Source of the DNA: Gemmatimonadales bacterium
GTDB taxonomy: Bacteria > Gemmatimonadota > Gemmatimonadetes > Gemmatimonadales > GWC2-71-9
DNA: 64,000 bases
Direction of reading: 5' to 3'
NCBI GenBank assembly: GCA_046262715.1
Contig: JBHEMG010000045.1
Coordinates: forward strand, 986 to 64,985
In this document: piece after piece, positions 1 through 7,985 of the stretch
Layout of the letters: each line of letters begins with the position of its first letter
Numbering within the stretch: the first letter of the stretch is position 1
The notes under the pieces: generated by a model
The model's input: the letters and a program-made list of their open reading frames with translations, nothing else
The model's database searches: none
What the model was told of the DNA's origin: nothing
Program-made: the position numbers and the translations under genes

Positions 1-230
1 AAACGCTCGGCAGCTTTTTCATCGCCGCGTTGGACACGGCGTGCGAGCCGGCGTTCTTCAGCGGGATCTTTTATGAGAGGGAGTTTTTGTATGTCTTGCA
101 GGTACTGGTCGAATGCTCCGGAAGGGGTGGTGCGGAAAAAGGCCTTCGCCTTGCCGCCATTCGACCTCGCCATGCGCGACTCCCCGGTGAAACGCGAGTT
201 GTGTGTGGAAACGGCGGGCGACGCCGCCAT
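1..230 (-). CDS. RNA polymerase sigma-70 family factor, N-terminal part only (gene continues past the left edge of the window)
   Basis: The ORF is open at the window edge, so it is absent from the ORF track. Minus-strand translation from ATG (228-230) reads MAASPAVSTHNSRFTGESRMARSNGGKAKAFFRTTPSGAFDQYLQDIQKLPLIKDPAEERRLARRVQRGDEKAAER. This carries the sigma-70 region 1.2/2.1 pattern (YLxxIxxxPLLxxxEExxLAxRxxxGD). An AGGTGG Shine-Dalgarno (236-241) lies 5 nt upstream of the ATG. Confidence 0.7.
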   Translation of the reverse strand, partial: MAASPAVSTHNSRFTGESRMARSNGGKAKAFFRTTPSGAFDQYLQDIQKLPLIKDPAEERRLARRVQRGDEKAAER

Positions 231-292
231 TTAGGCCACCTAAACCACGCGCCAATATAGGGTTTCCTGTCAAGAGGTGCAAATCTACGCAC

Positions 293-365
293 TTATCCAC
301 ATCACAAATTGTGAAACGAAACTGAATTCCGGCGTTTGTCCACTATCCACACACCCTGTGGAAAA
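293..365. promoter_or_regulatory. Cluster of DnaA-box-like 9-mers in a low-GC intergenic region
   Basis: A perfect TTATCCACA lies at 293-301. CTATCCACA at 343-351 has 1 mismatch. TGTGGAAAA at 357-365 has 1 mismatch to the complement TGTGGATAA. TTGTCCACT at 336-344 has 2 mismatches. All sit in the 222-bp spacer (231-452) between aroB and the sigma factor gene. Confidence 0.4.
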
Positions 366-452
366 ATGGTCCACCAGAGGGATGATGGGCCTCCTGTCTA
401 GGTCAATCCGAAGGATGAGTTACGCAGTGTGGAGAGGTGGAAAGTGTGTGGG

Positions 453-1559
453 CTACGTGTTGACCAGGACCTGACGTAGCGCGCTTTCGTCTACCGCGAC
501 CGTCCATCCCAACTTGTCATCACCGTGCGCGCGGCCGATCGCCCGCGGCAGCGCGAGACGAATCTTACCGTCCCGGACCTTCTTATCGCTGCGCATCGCC
601 TCGATCAGGTCGTCCACCTGGCTCGCATCGGGCCGCTCGACCGGCAAGTTGAGACGTTCGAGCGCCGTCGCGATGCGTTGTGCGACGCCCGGTGCTGCAA
701 TGCCGATGGTTTCGGCGAGACGCGCCTCGTACACCATCCCGATCGCCACCGCTTCGCCGTGTAACACCTCGTAGTGCGACGTCGTCTCGATCGCGTGACC
801 GATCGTGTGACCGAAATTCAGAATGGCGCGTTTACCCTTTTCGCGCTCATCCTCGGCGACGACGCGCGCCTTGATTTCTACGGAGCGCCGGACCAGCCGC
901 TCCAATGCCGGCGCGTGTTTCGCAAAAATCGCCGCGTACTCTCGTTCCAAAAAGGCGAAGTAGTCCGCGTCGGCGACCACGCCGTGTTTCAGCGCTTCCG
1001 CGAGCCCGGTGGCGAGCTGTGCGCTGGTCAGCGAGCCGAGCAGCTCCGGATCGGCGACGACGACGCGCGGCTGGTGAAACGCACCCAGCAAGTTCTTGCC
1101 CGCGGGGACATCGACGCCGGTTTTCCCGCCGATCGACGAATCGATCATGGCGAGCAGCGAGGTCGGCACCTGCACCAGGTTCACACCGCGCAGATAGGTT
1201 GCCGCGACAAACCCGCCCACGTCGTTCACGACGCCACCGCCGAGCGCGATCACCGCGCAATCGCGTCCCAGGTGCGCCGCGAGCATCTGATCGGAAAGAG
1301 ACGCCCAGGTATCGCGCGTCTTGTTCCACTCGCCCGTGGGAAATGTGAAGAGGTGGGCGTTGAGGCCCGCGCCCTGCAACGCTGCGTTGAGCGGTTCGCC
1401 GTAGGCCGCGCCGACGTGCGCGTCCGAAATGATCGCATACGCAGCTGCGGGGCAGTAGCGCGGCAGGATGGTGTCCAGCTGCCGCACGAGTCCCGGTCCG
1501 ATCAGAATGTCATACGAAGCATCCCGCTGCTCGAGGAGTGGAACGCGAACGGTTACCAC
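453..1559 (-). CDS. aroB: 3-dehydroquinate synthase
   Basis: The 368-aa ORF has the nucleotide-binding GGGVVNDVGGF motif, the GGKTG loop and the metal-ligand region NFGHTIGHAIE...HGEAVAIG. Length and motif order are typical of AroB. The GTG start overlaps the upstream stop by 7 nt. Confidence 0.92.
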   Translation of the reverse strand: MVTVRVPLLEQRDASYDILIGPGLVRQLDTILPRYCPAAAYAIISDAHVGAAYGEPLNAALQGAGLNAHLFTFPTGEWNKTRDTWASLSDQMLAAHLGRDCAVIALGGGVVNDVGGFVAATYLRGVNLVQVPTSLLAMIDSSIGGKTGVDVPAGKNLLGAFHQPRVVVADPELLGSLTSAQLATGLAEALKHGVVADADYFAFLEREYAAIFAKHAPALERLVRRSVEIKARVVAEDEREKGKRAILNFGHTIGHAIETTSHYEVLHGEAVAIGMVYEARLAETIGIAAPGVAQRIATALERLNLPVERPDASQVDDLIEAMRSDKKVRDGKIRLALPRAIGRAHGDDKLGWTVAVDESALRQVLVNT

Positions 1560-2104
1560 GCGATATCGGGCCGGTCGGCCTGTTTGTTCACCGCGCGGGC
1601 GAGAACGAAGAGGAGATCGGACAGGCGGTTCAAGTAATGAATGATGGACAGATTGATCGGTTGATGACGCGACAGTGTGACGACCGAGCGCTCTGCCCGC
1701 CGGCAGGTCGTGCGGGCGAGGTGGAGCGCGGCGGCCTTTGGCGCGCCGCCAGGTAGAATGAAATTCTTCAGCGGCTCGAGCGTCGCCTCGTGCTTATCGA
1801 TCACGTCTTCGAGCGCGCCCACCTCGGCGGCGCCAACCGGGGCGCCACTGCGGGCCAGCACCTTCTCCAGCTTCACGGGATCGGGCGTTGCAAGCTCCGC
1901 GCCGATCGTGAACAAATCGCGTTGTATCGACTGCAGCGTCGCGGCTTCGAAGGCCGCGGGGTCGAGTGCCGCGACGAAGCCGATGGCGGCGTTCAGCTCG
2001 TCCACGTCGCCGTAGGCGCGGACCCGAGGATCGTCCTTCGGTACGCGCCCGCCGCCGAACAACCCCGTCTCACCGGCATCGCCGGTTTTCGTATAGATCT
2101 TCAC
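1553..2104 (-). CDS. PduO-type ATP:cob(I)alamin adenosyltransferase
   Basis: The 183-aa ORF has the N-terminus (V)KIYTKTGDAGETGL and the YGDVDELNAAIG motif characteristic of the PduO/MMAB family. It uses a GTG start. Confidence 0.88.
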   Translation of the reverse strand: MKIYTKTGDAGETGLFGGGRVPKDDPRVRAYGDVDELNAAIGFVAALDPAAFEAATLQSIQRDLFTIGAELATPDPVKLEKVLARSGAPVGAAEVGALEDVIDKHEATLEPLKNFILPGGAPKAAALHLARTTCRRAERSVVTLSRHQPINLSIIHYLNRLSDLLFVLARAVNKQADRPDIAW

Positions 2105-2119
2105 AGTGCGAACCTATGC

Positions 2120-3001
2120 TCAGGGGCAATGGAGCGCGAGCGGTTGCGTCGCGATCACGCGCCGTGTGTCGAGATCGATTACTGTGGCGCGCGATTCGCG
2201 CGCCGACACATCCGCGATTTCATCTACCAGGATCAGCCCGCCGTTAACGGCAACGCCGCCCCGCAACGAGTAGCGCACCGCGGTTGCCGTGCGTGGGATC
2301 ATACCGGCGGTGAGCCGCACCTGGCGCGGACGAATGACCCATCGCAGCCGGCGCAGCTCCCGGTCCGTCGCCGCCACGCCGGTGACCAATACCGTGTCGG
2401 CGCCGTTTTTCAGCACGCGCGCGCGAAACCCCACGCCGTAGCCCGATGCGAGCGCTACCACTTCACCGGCATCCGCGGCCTGGTCTGCGTCTACAACCAG
2501 GGGACGCAGCAGCGGCGCGCCGCTCTCGACGCGTGCGACGACACGGTTCAACAGATCGAGGGCGTCATGCCGCGTGAGGGCAGGCAGCACCGTGCCGCCC
2601 GCACCGATAGACATCCCGCCGTCGAATATGGCGACGACCGGTTTGTGTGGGGGCGGAGTGCCCTGGTTTGCGGTCGGCCGGAACGCGAGCACAAGCTCGG
2701 TGATGACGCCGTCGTATCCACACGCGCCGGGCGCATGGAAGCGCGCGAGGGTAACGGTGGCCGGCGCCGCTCCGTTCGCGGAGAAAACCTTCGCGCTGCG
2801 TTGATGGCGAGGCTGGATGGCGACGAGCGGACGTCGCGTCAGCGTGTCCGACAGATGACTACTGCCCGTCACGGAGCGGTAATAATCCCGCGCAAAGCGA
2901 TCTCCAGGATAAAACACATGCGCTTCACCGCCCAGACTCCAGCCCAGCGCCGCGGGCTCCCTGCGCGCGGCGCATGCCAGTAGACCGAGGACCAGAAGCA
3001 C
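2120..3001 (-). CDS. Hypothetical lipoprotein
   Basis: The ORF-track entry 2120..3130 is trimmed to the in-frame GTG at 2999-3001. This gives VLLVLGLLAC, a lipobox-like signal. The longer form would overlap the divergent FNR gene by more than 100 nt. I recognise no domain, and GC3 is high throughout. Confidence 0.55.
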   Translation of the reverse strand: MLLVLGLLACAARREPAALGWSLGGEAHVFYPGDRFARDYYRSVTGSSHLSDTLTRRPLVAIQPRHQRSAKVFSANGAAPATVTLARFHAPGACGYDGVITELVLAFRPTANQGTPPPHKPVVAIFDGGMSIGAGGTVLPALTRHDALDLLNRVVARVESGAPLLRPLVVDADQAADAGEVVALASGYGVGFRARVLKNGADTVLVTGVAATDRELRRLRWVIRPRQVRLTAGMIPRTATAVRYSLRGGVAVNGGLILVDEIADVSARESRATVIDLDTRRVIATQPLALHCP

Positions 3002-3009
3002 GCTAGCGT
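2981..3009 (+). promoter_or_regulatory. Candidate sigma-70-type promoter giving a leaderless FNR transcript
   Basis: The arrangement is TAGACC (2981-2986), 17 nt, TAGCGT (3004-3009), 7 nt, then ATG at 3017. There is no purine-rich SD in the 7-nt gap. Confidence 0.35.
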
Positions 3010-3016
3010 TGGGCCG

Positions 3017-4039
3017 ATGCAAGAGCGGAAAGATATCACGATCATCGGAGCGGGCCCGACGGGGCTGTTCGCCGCGTTCTACGCGGGCATGCGCGGCGCG
3101 TCGCACTGCCTGATCGACAATCTCGACCAAGTCGGCGGCCAGCTGACCGCCCTGTATCCCGAGAAATACATCTTCGACGTTGCCGGCTTTCCCAAGATCC
3201 TCGCCAAGGATCTGGTCAAGGGAATGGCAGAGCAGGGACTACAATGGAAAGGGCCGGTCCATCTGGCCCAGAAGGTGATCGGTCTCAAGCGCACCGAGGA
3301 AAACGGCACGCCGCTCTTCACGATCGTCACCGACAAAAACGAATTCCCCGGCCGCACGGTGCTGATCGCCGGCGGGATCGGGGCGTTCACGCCGCGCAAA
3401 CTGCCGCTCAAGGACGTGGACCAGTGGAATGAGAAGGGGCTGCACGACCGGGTACTGAATCCGCAGACATTCGCGGGCAAGCGCGTGCTGATCGTGGGAG
3501 GCGGTGACTCGGCGTTCGACTGGGCGGTGAACCTCCAGCCCATCGCCAAGTCCCTCGTCATGATTCACCGTCGCGATGGTTTCCGCGCGCATCAAGCGAC
3601 CGTGGACCAGGTGCAGGCGATGGCGCCCGGCGGCACGATGCAGCTGCGCACCTTCTGGGAGCTGAAGCAGATCGCGGGGGAGCACGGGATCGAGCGCGTG
3701 ACGATCTTCAATAACAAGACAAAGGAAGAAGAGACGCTGCCGATGGATTGCGTGATCCCGCAGCTCGGCTTCGTGTCGTCGCTAGGCGCAATCGCTGAGT
3801 GGGGACTGGAGATCGAAAAGGGCGACATCAAGGTCGCGCAGACCATGGAGACCAACATTCCCGGGATCTATGCCGCGGGTGACATCACGACCTATCCGGG
3901 GAAGCTCAAGCTGATCGCCACCGGCGTCGCCGAGGCCTGTATTGCGGTCAACCACGCGGTGCACTTCCTGAATCCGTCAGCCAAGTTCATGCCCGGGCAT
4001 AGCTCGAACATGGCGCTCTTCGGACAGAAGGACGACTAG
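3017..4039 (+). CDS. Ferredoxin-NADP+ reductase, thioredoxin-reductase-like type (YumC family)
   Basis: The 340-aa ORF has the FAD motif IIGAGPTGLFAA, the NADPH motif IVGGGDSAFDWA and the AAGD motif. It lacks the TrxB CxxC redox pair, as in TrxR-like FNRs. Confidence 0.85.
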   Translation: MQERKDITIIGAGPTGLFAAFYAGMRGASHCLIDNLDQVGGQLTALYPEKYIFDVAGFPKILAKDLVKGMAEQGLQWKGPVHLAQKVIGLKRTEENGTPLFTIVTDKNEFPGRTVLIAGGIGAFTPRKLPLKDVDQWNEKGLHDRVLNPQTFAGKRVLIVGGGDSAFDWAVNLQPIAKSLVMIHRRDGFRAHQATVDQVQAMAPGGTMQLRTFWELKQIAGEHGIERVTIFNNKTKEEETLPMDCVIPQLGFVSSLGAIAEWGLEIEKGDIKVAQTMETNIPGIYAAGDITTYPGKLKLIATGVAEACIAVNHAVHFLNPSAKFMPGHSSNMALFGQKDD

Positions 4040-5514
4040 CGCGCCAGCTGCACCACCACGGAGTCGATCTGCGCCAGCATCTGCCGAGTTGGGACATCGT
4101 GGGCGTTGGCCTGAATCGAGAAGGTGATCACCCGTCCATCCGCACGCTCGACGTATCCCGACAGCGTATTCACCCGCGAGATCGATCCGGTTTTGGCGAG
4201 CACGCGTCCTTCGAGCCGCGTTCCCGCAAAGCGGTGCAGCAACGAGCCGCGCTGCTGCGCGCGCGGCAGGCCCGCGAGAAACGGCGCCCGCTTGGGATGG
4301 TGGTACATGTAGCCGAGGAGCTGCACGAAGGCGTGCGGGGTCACGAGATTGCCCGCGGACAGCCCCGAACCGTCCTCGAGCGCGAACGCGGTCGAGTCGA
4401 TCTTGACCGAATCGATCAGGAACCGCTTCTCGACCTCGAGACCCTGCTCCCAGCTCCCCGCTCCCTCTATTTCCCGCCCCAGCGTCTTGAGTAGCATCTC
4501 CGCGAACCAGTTCTGACTCGTGTTGAGGATCGGGAAAACAATGTCTGGCAGGGGCCGCCCTCGGTACTCCACGAGCGGATTGCCGCAGCATCGCAGGGCG
4601 CGGTAGGCCATTGAATCGGTCGTGCTCGCGGTCCCACCACCGACGGCGATGCCTTTTTTTTGCAGCGATGCTTCCAGGGCCCGCGCGGCGAACAGGTTGG
4701 GATCGGGGAGGGCAAAGCTCTCGATCCATGGCGAACGCGTGATCGCCACTGTGCCTTCGGCCCAGATGTCGAGCGTGCCGGGCGTACGGAAAAAGTTATC
4801 GCCGATCGTCGTGGCCGAATCGGCAGGCACGGTGCGGGCGCGGTTCTCGAACGTGAACAGATGCAAATCGGGATTCCAGGTGATCAGCGGCGGCTGATCG
4901 ACGGCGATGCCGGGCGTAATCTGGAAGTCCACGCTGTTGTCGTGAAAGCCGAGGCCGGACACCGGCGCGGCGTACCACCAGTTAAGGTCGTACGCGTTCC
5001 AGCTCCAATGCGTCAACGTCGGCTCGAAGTAAGAGCCGTCGCCGACGATCTTGCCGGTGATCCGCCGAATGCCGCGCGTTCGCAGCGACTCCGCGATCGC
5101 ATCGACCACCGTCCACGTCGAGTCGCATCCGCCGGGCGCAAGCGTGTCGACGCTATAGCAGCGCTCCGACCACGACGGATCGCCGCGGCCGTAGAGCACC
5201 AGGTCCCCCTGCAGGATGCCGTTACTGACGGCGCCGCTCGCGTAGAGCGATGTTCGCGGCCGGAAGTCCGCCGGCAGCAGCACGGTCGCGGCAGCCGACA
5301 CGACCAGCTTGGTATTGCTCGCCGGCACCGAAAATCGATCCCCGTTGCGATTGAGCAGGACCCGGCCACGATCGTCCTGCGCATAGATGTTCCACGTCGC
5401 CCGATTGAACGGCGCCTGCTCGAGCAGGCGATTCACGCGCTGCTGGAGGGACTGCGCCTTGAGCGGCGCGAAGGCGCCGCTAATCGTAAGCGACGCGAGG
5501 ATCAGCTTTCGCAT
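4036..5514 (-). CDS. dacB: D-alanyl-D-alanine carboxypeptidase/endopeptidase (PBP4, peptidase S13)
   Basis: The 492-aa ORF has a signal peptide (MRKLILASLTISGAFAPLKAQ), the SxxK motif ASNTK and the KTG motif (LAKTGS). Its stop shares a CTAG with the convergent FNR stop. Confidence 0.88.
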   Translation of the reverse strand: MRKLILASLTISGAFAPLKAQSLQQRVNRLLEQAPFNRATWNIYAQDDRGRVLLNRNGDRFSVPASNTKLVVSAAATVLLPADFRPRTSLYASGAVSNGILQGDLVLYGRGDPSWSERCYSVDTLAPGGCDSTWTVVDAIAESLRTRGIRRITGKIVGDGSYFEPTLTHWSWNAYDLNWWYAAPVSGLGFHDNSVDFQITPGIAVDQPPLITWNPDLHLFTFENRARTVPADSATTIGDNFFRTPGTLDIWAEGTVAITRSPWIESFALPDPNLFAARALEASLQKKGIAVGGGTASTTDSMAYRALRCCGNPLVEYRGRPLPDIVFPILNTSQNWFAEMLLKTLGREIEGAGSWEQGLEVEKRFLIDSVKIDSTAFALEDGSGLSAGNLVTPHAFVQLLGYMYHHPKRAPFLAGLPRAQQRGSLLHRFAGTRLEGRVLAKTGSISRVNTLSGYVERADGRVITFSIQANAHDVPTRQMLAQIDSVVVQLAR

Positions 5515-6400
5515 AGAGCACGTCAGTCAGAAGGTTCACCAACACGAACACCACCGACAAAAACAGAATGCTGCCCTGAACCGCCGGCAGATCGCGTTTC
5601 TGAATCGCGAGCAGGACGTAGCGGCCCACACCGGGCCAGGAAAATATCGTCTCGGTGAGAATGCTGCCGGTCAGATAGTTGCCCACATCGAGTCCGATGA
5701 CCGTGATGATCGGCAGCAACGCGTTACGCAGCGCATGCCTGCCAATCACACGCCGCTCGCGCAGCCCCTTGGCGCGCGCCGTGCGGACGAAATCGGCGGG
5801 GAGGATCTCGAGCATCGCGCCGCGCGTCATGCGCGCCAGAAACGCAATCGACCGCGTGCCGAGGGTGAGCGCCGGCAAGACGAGAAACGCGATGCCGCCA
5901 TATCCCGACGGCGGGAGCCAGCGCAATGCCACTGCAAACAGCAGAATCAGCAGCAAGCCCACCCAATAGACCGGAAACGAGACGCCGACGTAGGCGATGA
6001 GCATGCTAACGCGGTCCATCGCGCCGCCCGGCCGTATGGCGGCGATCACACCGAGCAGGATGCCGCACGAGACGGCGAGCAACATGGCCGCGCCGGCGAG
6101 CTGCAGCGTTTTGGGAAACCGCTCCACCAAATCGCCCAGGACGGGACGCTGGGTGATGTAGGAGCGGCCCAGGTCACCGCGCACGACGCCCCAGAGATAG
6201 TGCCCGAACTGCACCGGAATGGGATCGTCGAGGTGCAGCTCCGCGCGCAGCCGGATGATCGTAGCGGAATCCGCTCGCTCGCCAACCATCTCTGCGACGG
6301 GGTCTCCGGGAACGACGTTGAGCAGCAGGAAGGCCACTACCAACACACCGAACAGCGTGGGGATTGTCGCTAGCAGCCGCTTAGCGACGAGCTGCAACAT
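5480..6400 (-). CDS. ABC transporter permease, DppB/OppB type
   Basis: The 306-aa ORF is polytopic and has the N-terminus MLQLVAKRLLATIPTLFGV typical of DppB. It also carries an EAA-like loop (FVRTARAKGL). Confidence 0.88.
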   Translation of the reverse strand: MLQLVAKRLLATIPTLFGVLVVAFLLLNVVPGDPVAEMVGERADSATIIRLRAELHLDDPIPVQFGHYLWGVVRGDLGRSYITQRPVLGDLVERFPKTLQLAGAAMLLAVSCGILLGVIAAIRPGGAMDRVSMLIAYVGVSFPVYWVGLLLILLFAVALRWLPPSGYGGIAFLVLPALTLGTRSIAFLARMTRGAMLEILPADFVRTARAKGLRERRVIGRHALRNALLPIITVIGLDVGNYLTGSILTETIFSWPGVGRYVLLAIQKRDLPAVQGSILFLSVVFVLVNLLTDVLYAKADPRVAYD

Positions 6401-7985
6401 GCACTTTGGTCCAGCGCTGGCCGTTGAAAATTACCGGTACGTCCCAGCCCGTGATGGAGGGGTGCTCGGCCCACAGGTCGACCGGAAACCAGAGATAGAT
6501 CCAGGGCGCCGCGTCGTACACGCGGGCGTCGATGCGGCGATAGAGCGCTTCGCGACTCCGCTGATCCACGGTGCGGCGCGCGACCAGCAGCAGCGAGTCG
6601 GTCGCCGCATCGCTGTAAAACGCATAGTTGCCACCGGGACCGAAGCTCGCGCTGTGAAACAAAGGATAGAGGAAGTTGTCGGCATCCGGATAGTCGGCCC
6701 ACCAGTCGAGCACCGCCATGTCCGTGTCGCCCTTACGGACCGCCTCGCGCATGCTCGAAGCATCGCGGGATACGATCTCGACCCGTACGCCGATCGCGGC
6801 CAGCTGCGCCTGGATCGCCTGGGCGACCCGGCCCAACTCCACGTTCGTTCCCGACCGCCACAGCTGTACGGCGAACCCATTCGCGAACCCGGCGGCGCGC
6901 AGTAACCTGCGCGCTTCGGTGGTGTCGTACCCGTAGGGACGTCGCGCGGGATCGTTGCCGCCGAGCGCCGGTGGGATCGCCCCCGCCGCGGCGAGGCCAC
7001 GGCCGTTCCAGACCGTCCGCAGGATTTCAGGGACGTTGACGGCGTGATTCAGCGCGCGCCGCACGTTCGGATCGCGCAGCGGGCCGCGGCGGTTGTTGAG
7101 CGCGACGTACACCGCGCGCAGCGCCGGCTTCCGGCGTAGCCAGTCCGGGTGCTCGCGCTGCCATTTGCCGGTCTCACCGAAGGGGATCTCGGCAACGGAG
7201 AGCCGTCCCGCGAGAAACTCGGCGGCCCGCGTCAGCGGCTCGGGGACAACGCGCACGGTCAGCGTATCGCCGAGTGTGGCCCCGCCCCAATAGCGGGGAT
7301 TGCGGGCGAAGCGCAGATAGTCGTCGTGCTCCCACGCCACGAAGCGCCATGGTCCTGTGCCGACCGGATGCTGGCCGAAGTCGTCGGGCAGCGACGACGG
7401 CACGACCGACGCGACGGGCATCGCGAGAAACTTCGGAAAGACGGCGAGCGGCTCGGTCAGCGTGAATGCGACCGCCGTGTCGCCCAGCAGCTGGATACCG
7501 CTGACGTCGCGCGCGCGCCCGTCGGCGAAATCCGCGGCTCCCGCAATCGGCAGGAGCGGCCACACGCGGCCGCCATGCGAGGCGGGACTGAGCACCCGTA
7601 AGAACGAGCGCTTCACGTCGCCGGCGACGAGCGGGCGGCCGTCGTGGAATGTCACGCCGGACCGGAGATGGAAGACGTAACGCTGGGCTTTGCGGTCTGC
7701 TGTCCAACGATCGGACAGTCCCGGGAGCAGCTTGCCGTCGGGATCGAACTGGGTGAGGCCGTCGAATAGGAGGGTGACCATTTCGCCGGTCGGCACATCG
7801 GTCGAGAGGGCCGGGTCGAGCGAGCGCGGATCGTACGTTTCGTAGTACACGAGGCCCCGTGCCTGCTGCTCGCCCGCCGACCGACTGCTGCAGGCGGCGA
7901 TAATACAGAGGAACAGGACGCTCTTCGCGGTGTCGAAAAGGTTGACAGTGCGGAGCAAGTGTCGCAACATAGCCAGCATTGCCAA
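6381..7985 (-). CDS. ABC transporter substrate-binding lipoprotein, family 5 (peptide/nickel)
   Basis: The 534-aa ORF has a lipobox (IIAACSS) and SBP family-5 length and motifs (YDPRSLDPA, GTGPWRF). The start could be TTG 7985, ATG 7979 or ATG 7970. Confidence 0.85.
   Translation of the reverse strand: MAMLAMLRHLLRTVNLFDTAKSVLFLCIIAACSSRSAGEQQARGLVYYETYDPRSLDPALSTDVPTGEMVTLLFDGLTQFDPDGKLLPGLSDRWTADRKAQRYVFHLRSGVTFHDGRPLVAGDVKRSFLRVLSPASHGGRVWPLLPIAGAADFADGRARDVSGIQLLGDTAVAFTLTEPLAVFPKFLAMPVASVVPSSLPDDFGQHPVGTGPWRFVAWEHDDYLRFARNPRYWGGATLGDTLTVRVVPEPLTRAAEFLAGRLSVAEIPFGETGKWQREHPDWLRRKPALRAVYVALNNRRGPLRDPNVRRALNHAVNVPEILRTVWNGRGLAAAGAIPPALGGNDPARRPYGYDTTEARRLLRAAGFANGFAVQLWRSGTNVELGRVAQAIQAQLAAIGVRVEIVSRDASSMREAVRKGDTDMAVLDWWADYPDADNFLYPLFHSASFGPGGNYAFYSDAATDSLLLVARRTVDQRSREALYRRIDARVYDAAPWIYLWFPVDLWAEHPSITGWDVPVIFNGQRWTKVHVAARR

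Noticed and set aside
231-452. The low-GC spacer as the chromosomal origin (oriC) or as an ncRNA/tRNA gene. This also covers the 65-aa ORF at 277..474.
   Set aside because: There is no dnaA/dnaN nearby, no obvious AT-rich 13-mer unwinding repeats and no strand-bias switch at this point. I could find no tRNA cloverleaf and no convincing stable stem with a terminator. The small ORF has poor GC3 and overlaps the aroB end. I kept only the DnaA-box cluster as an observation.
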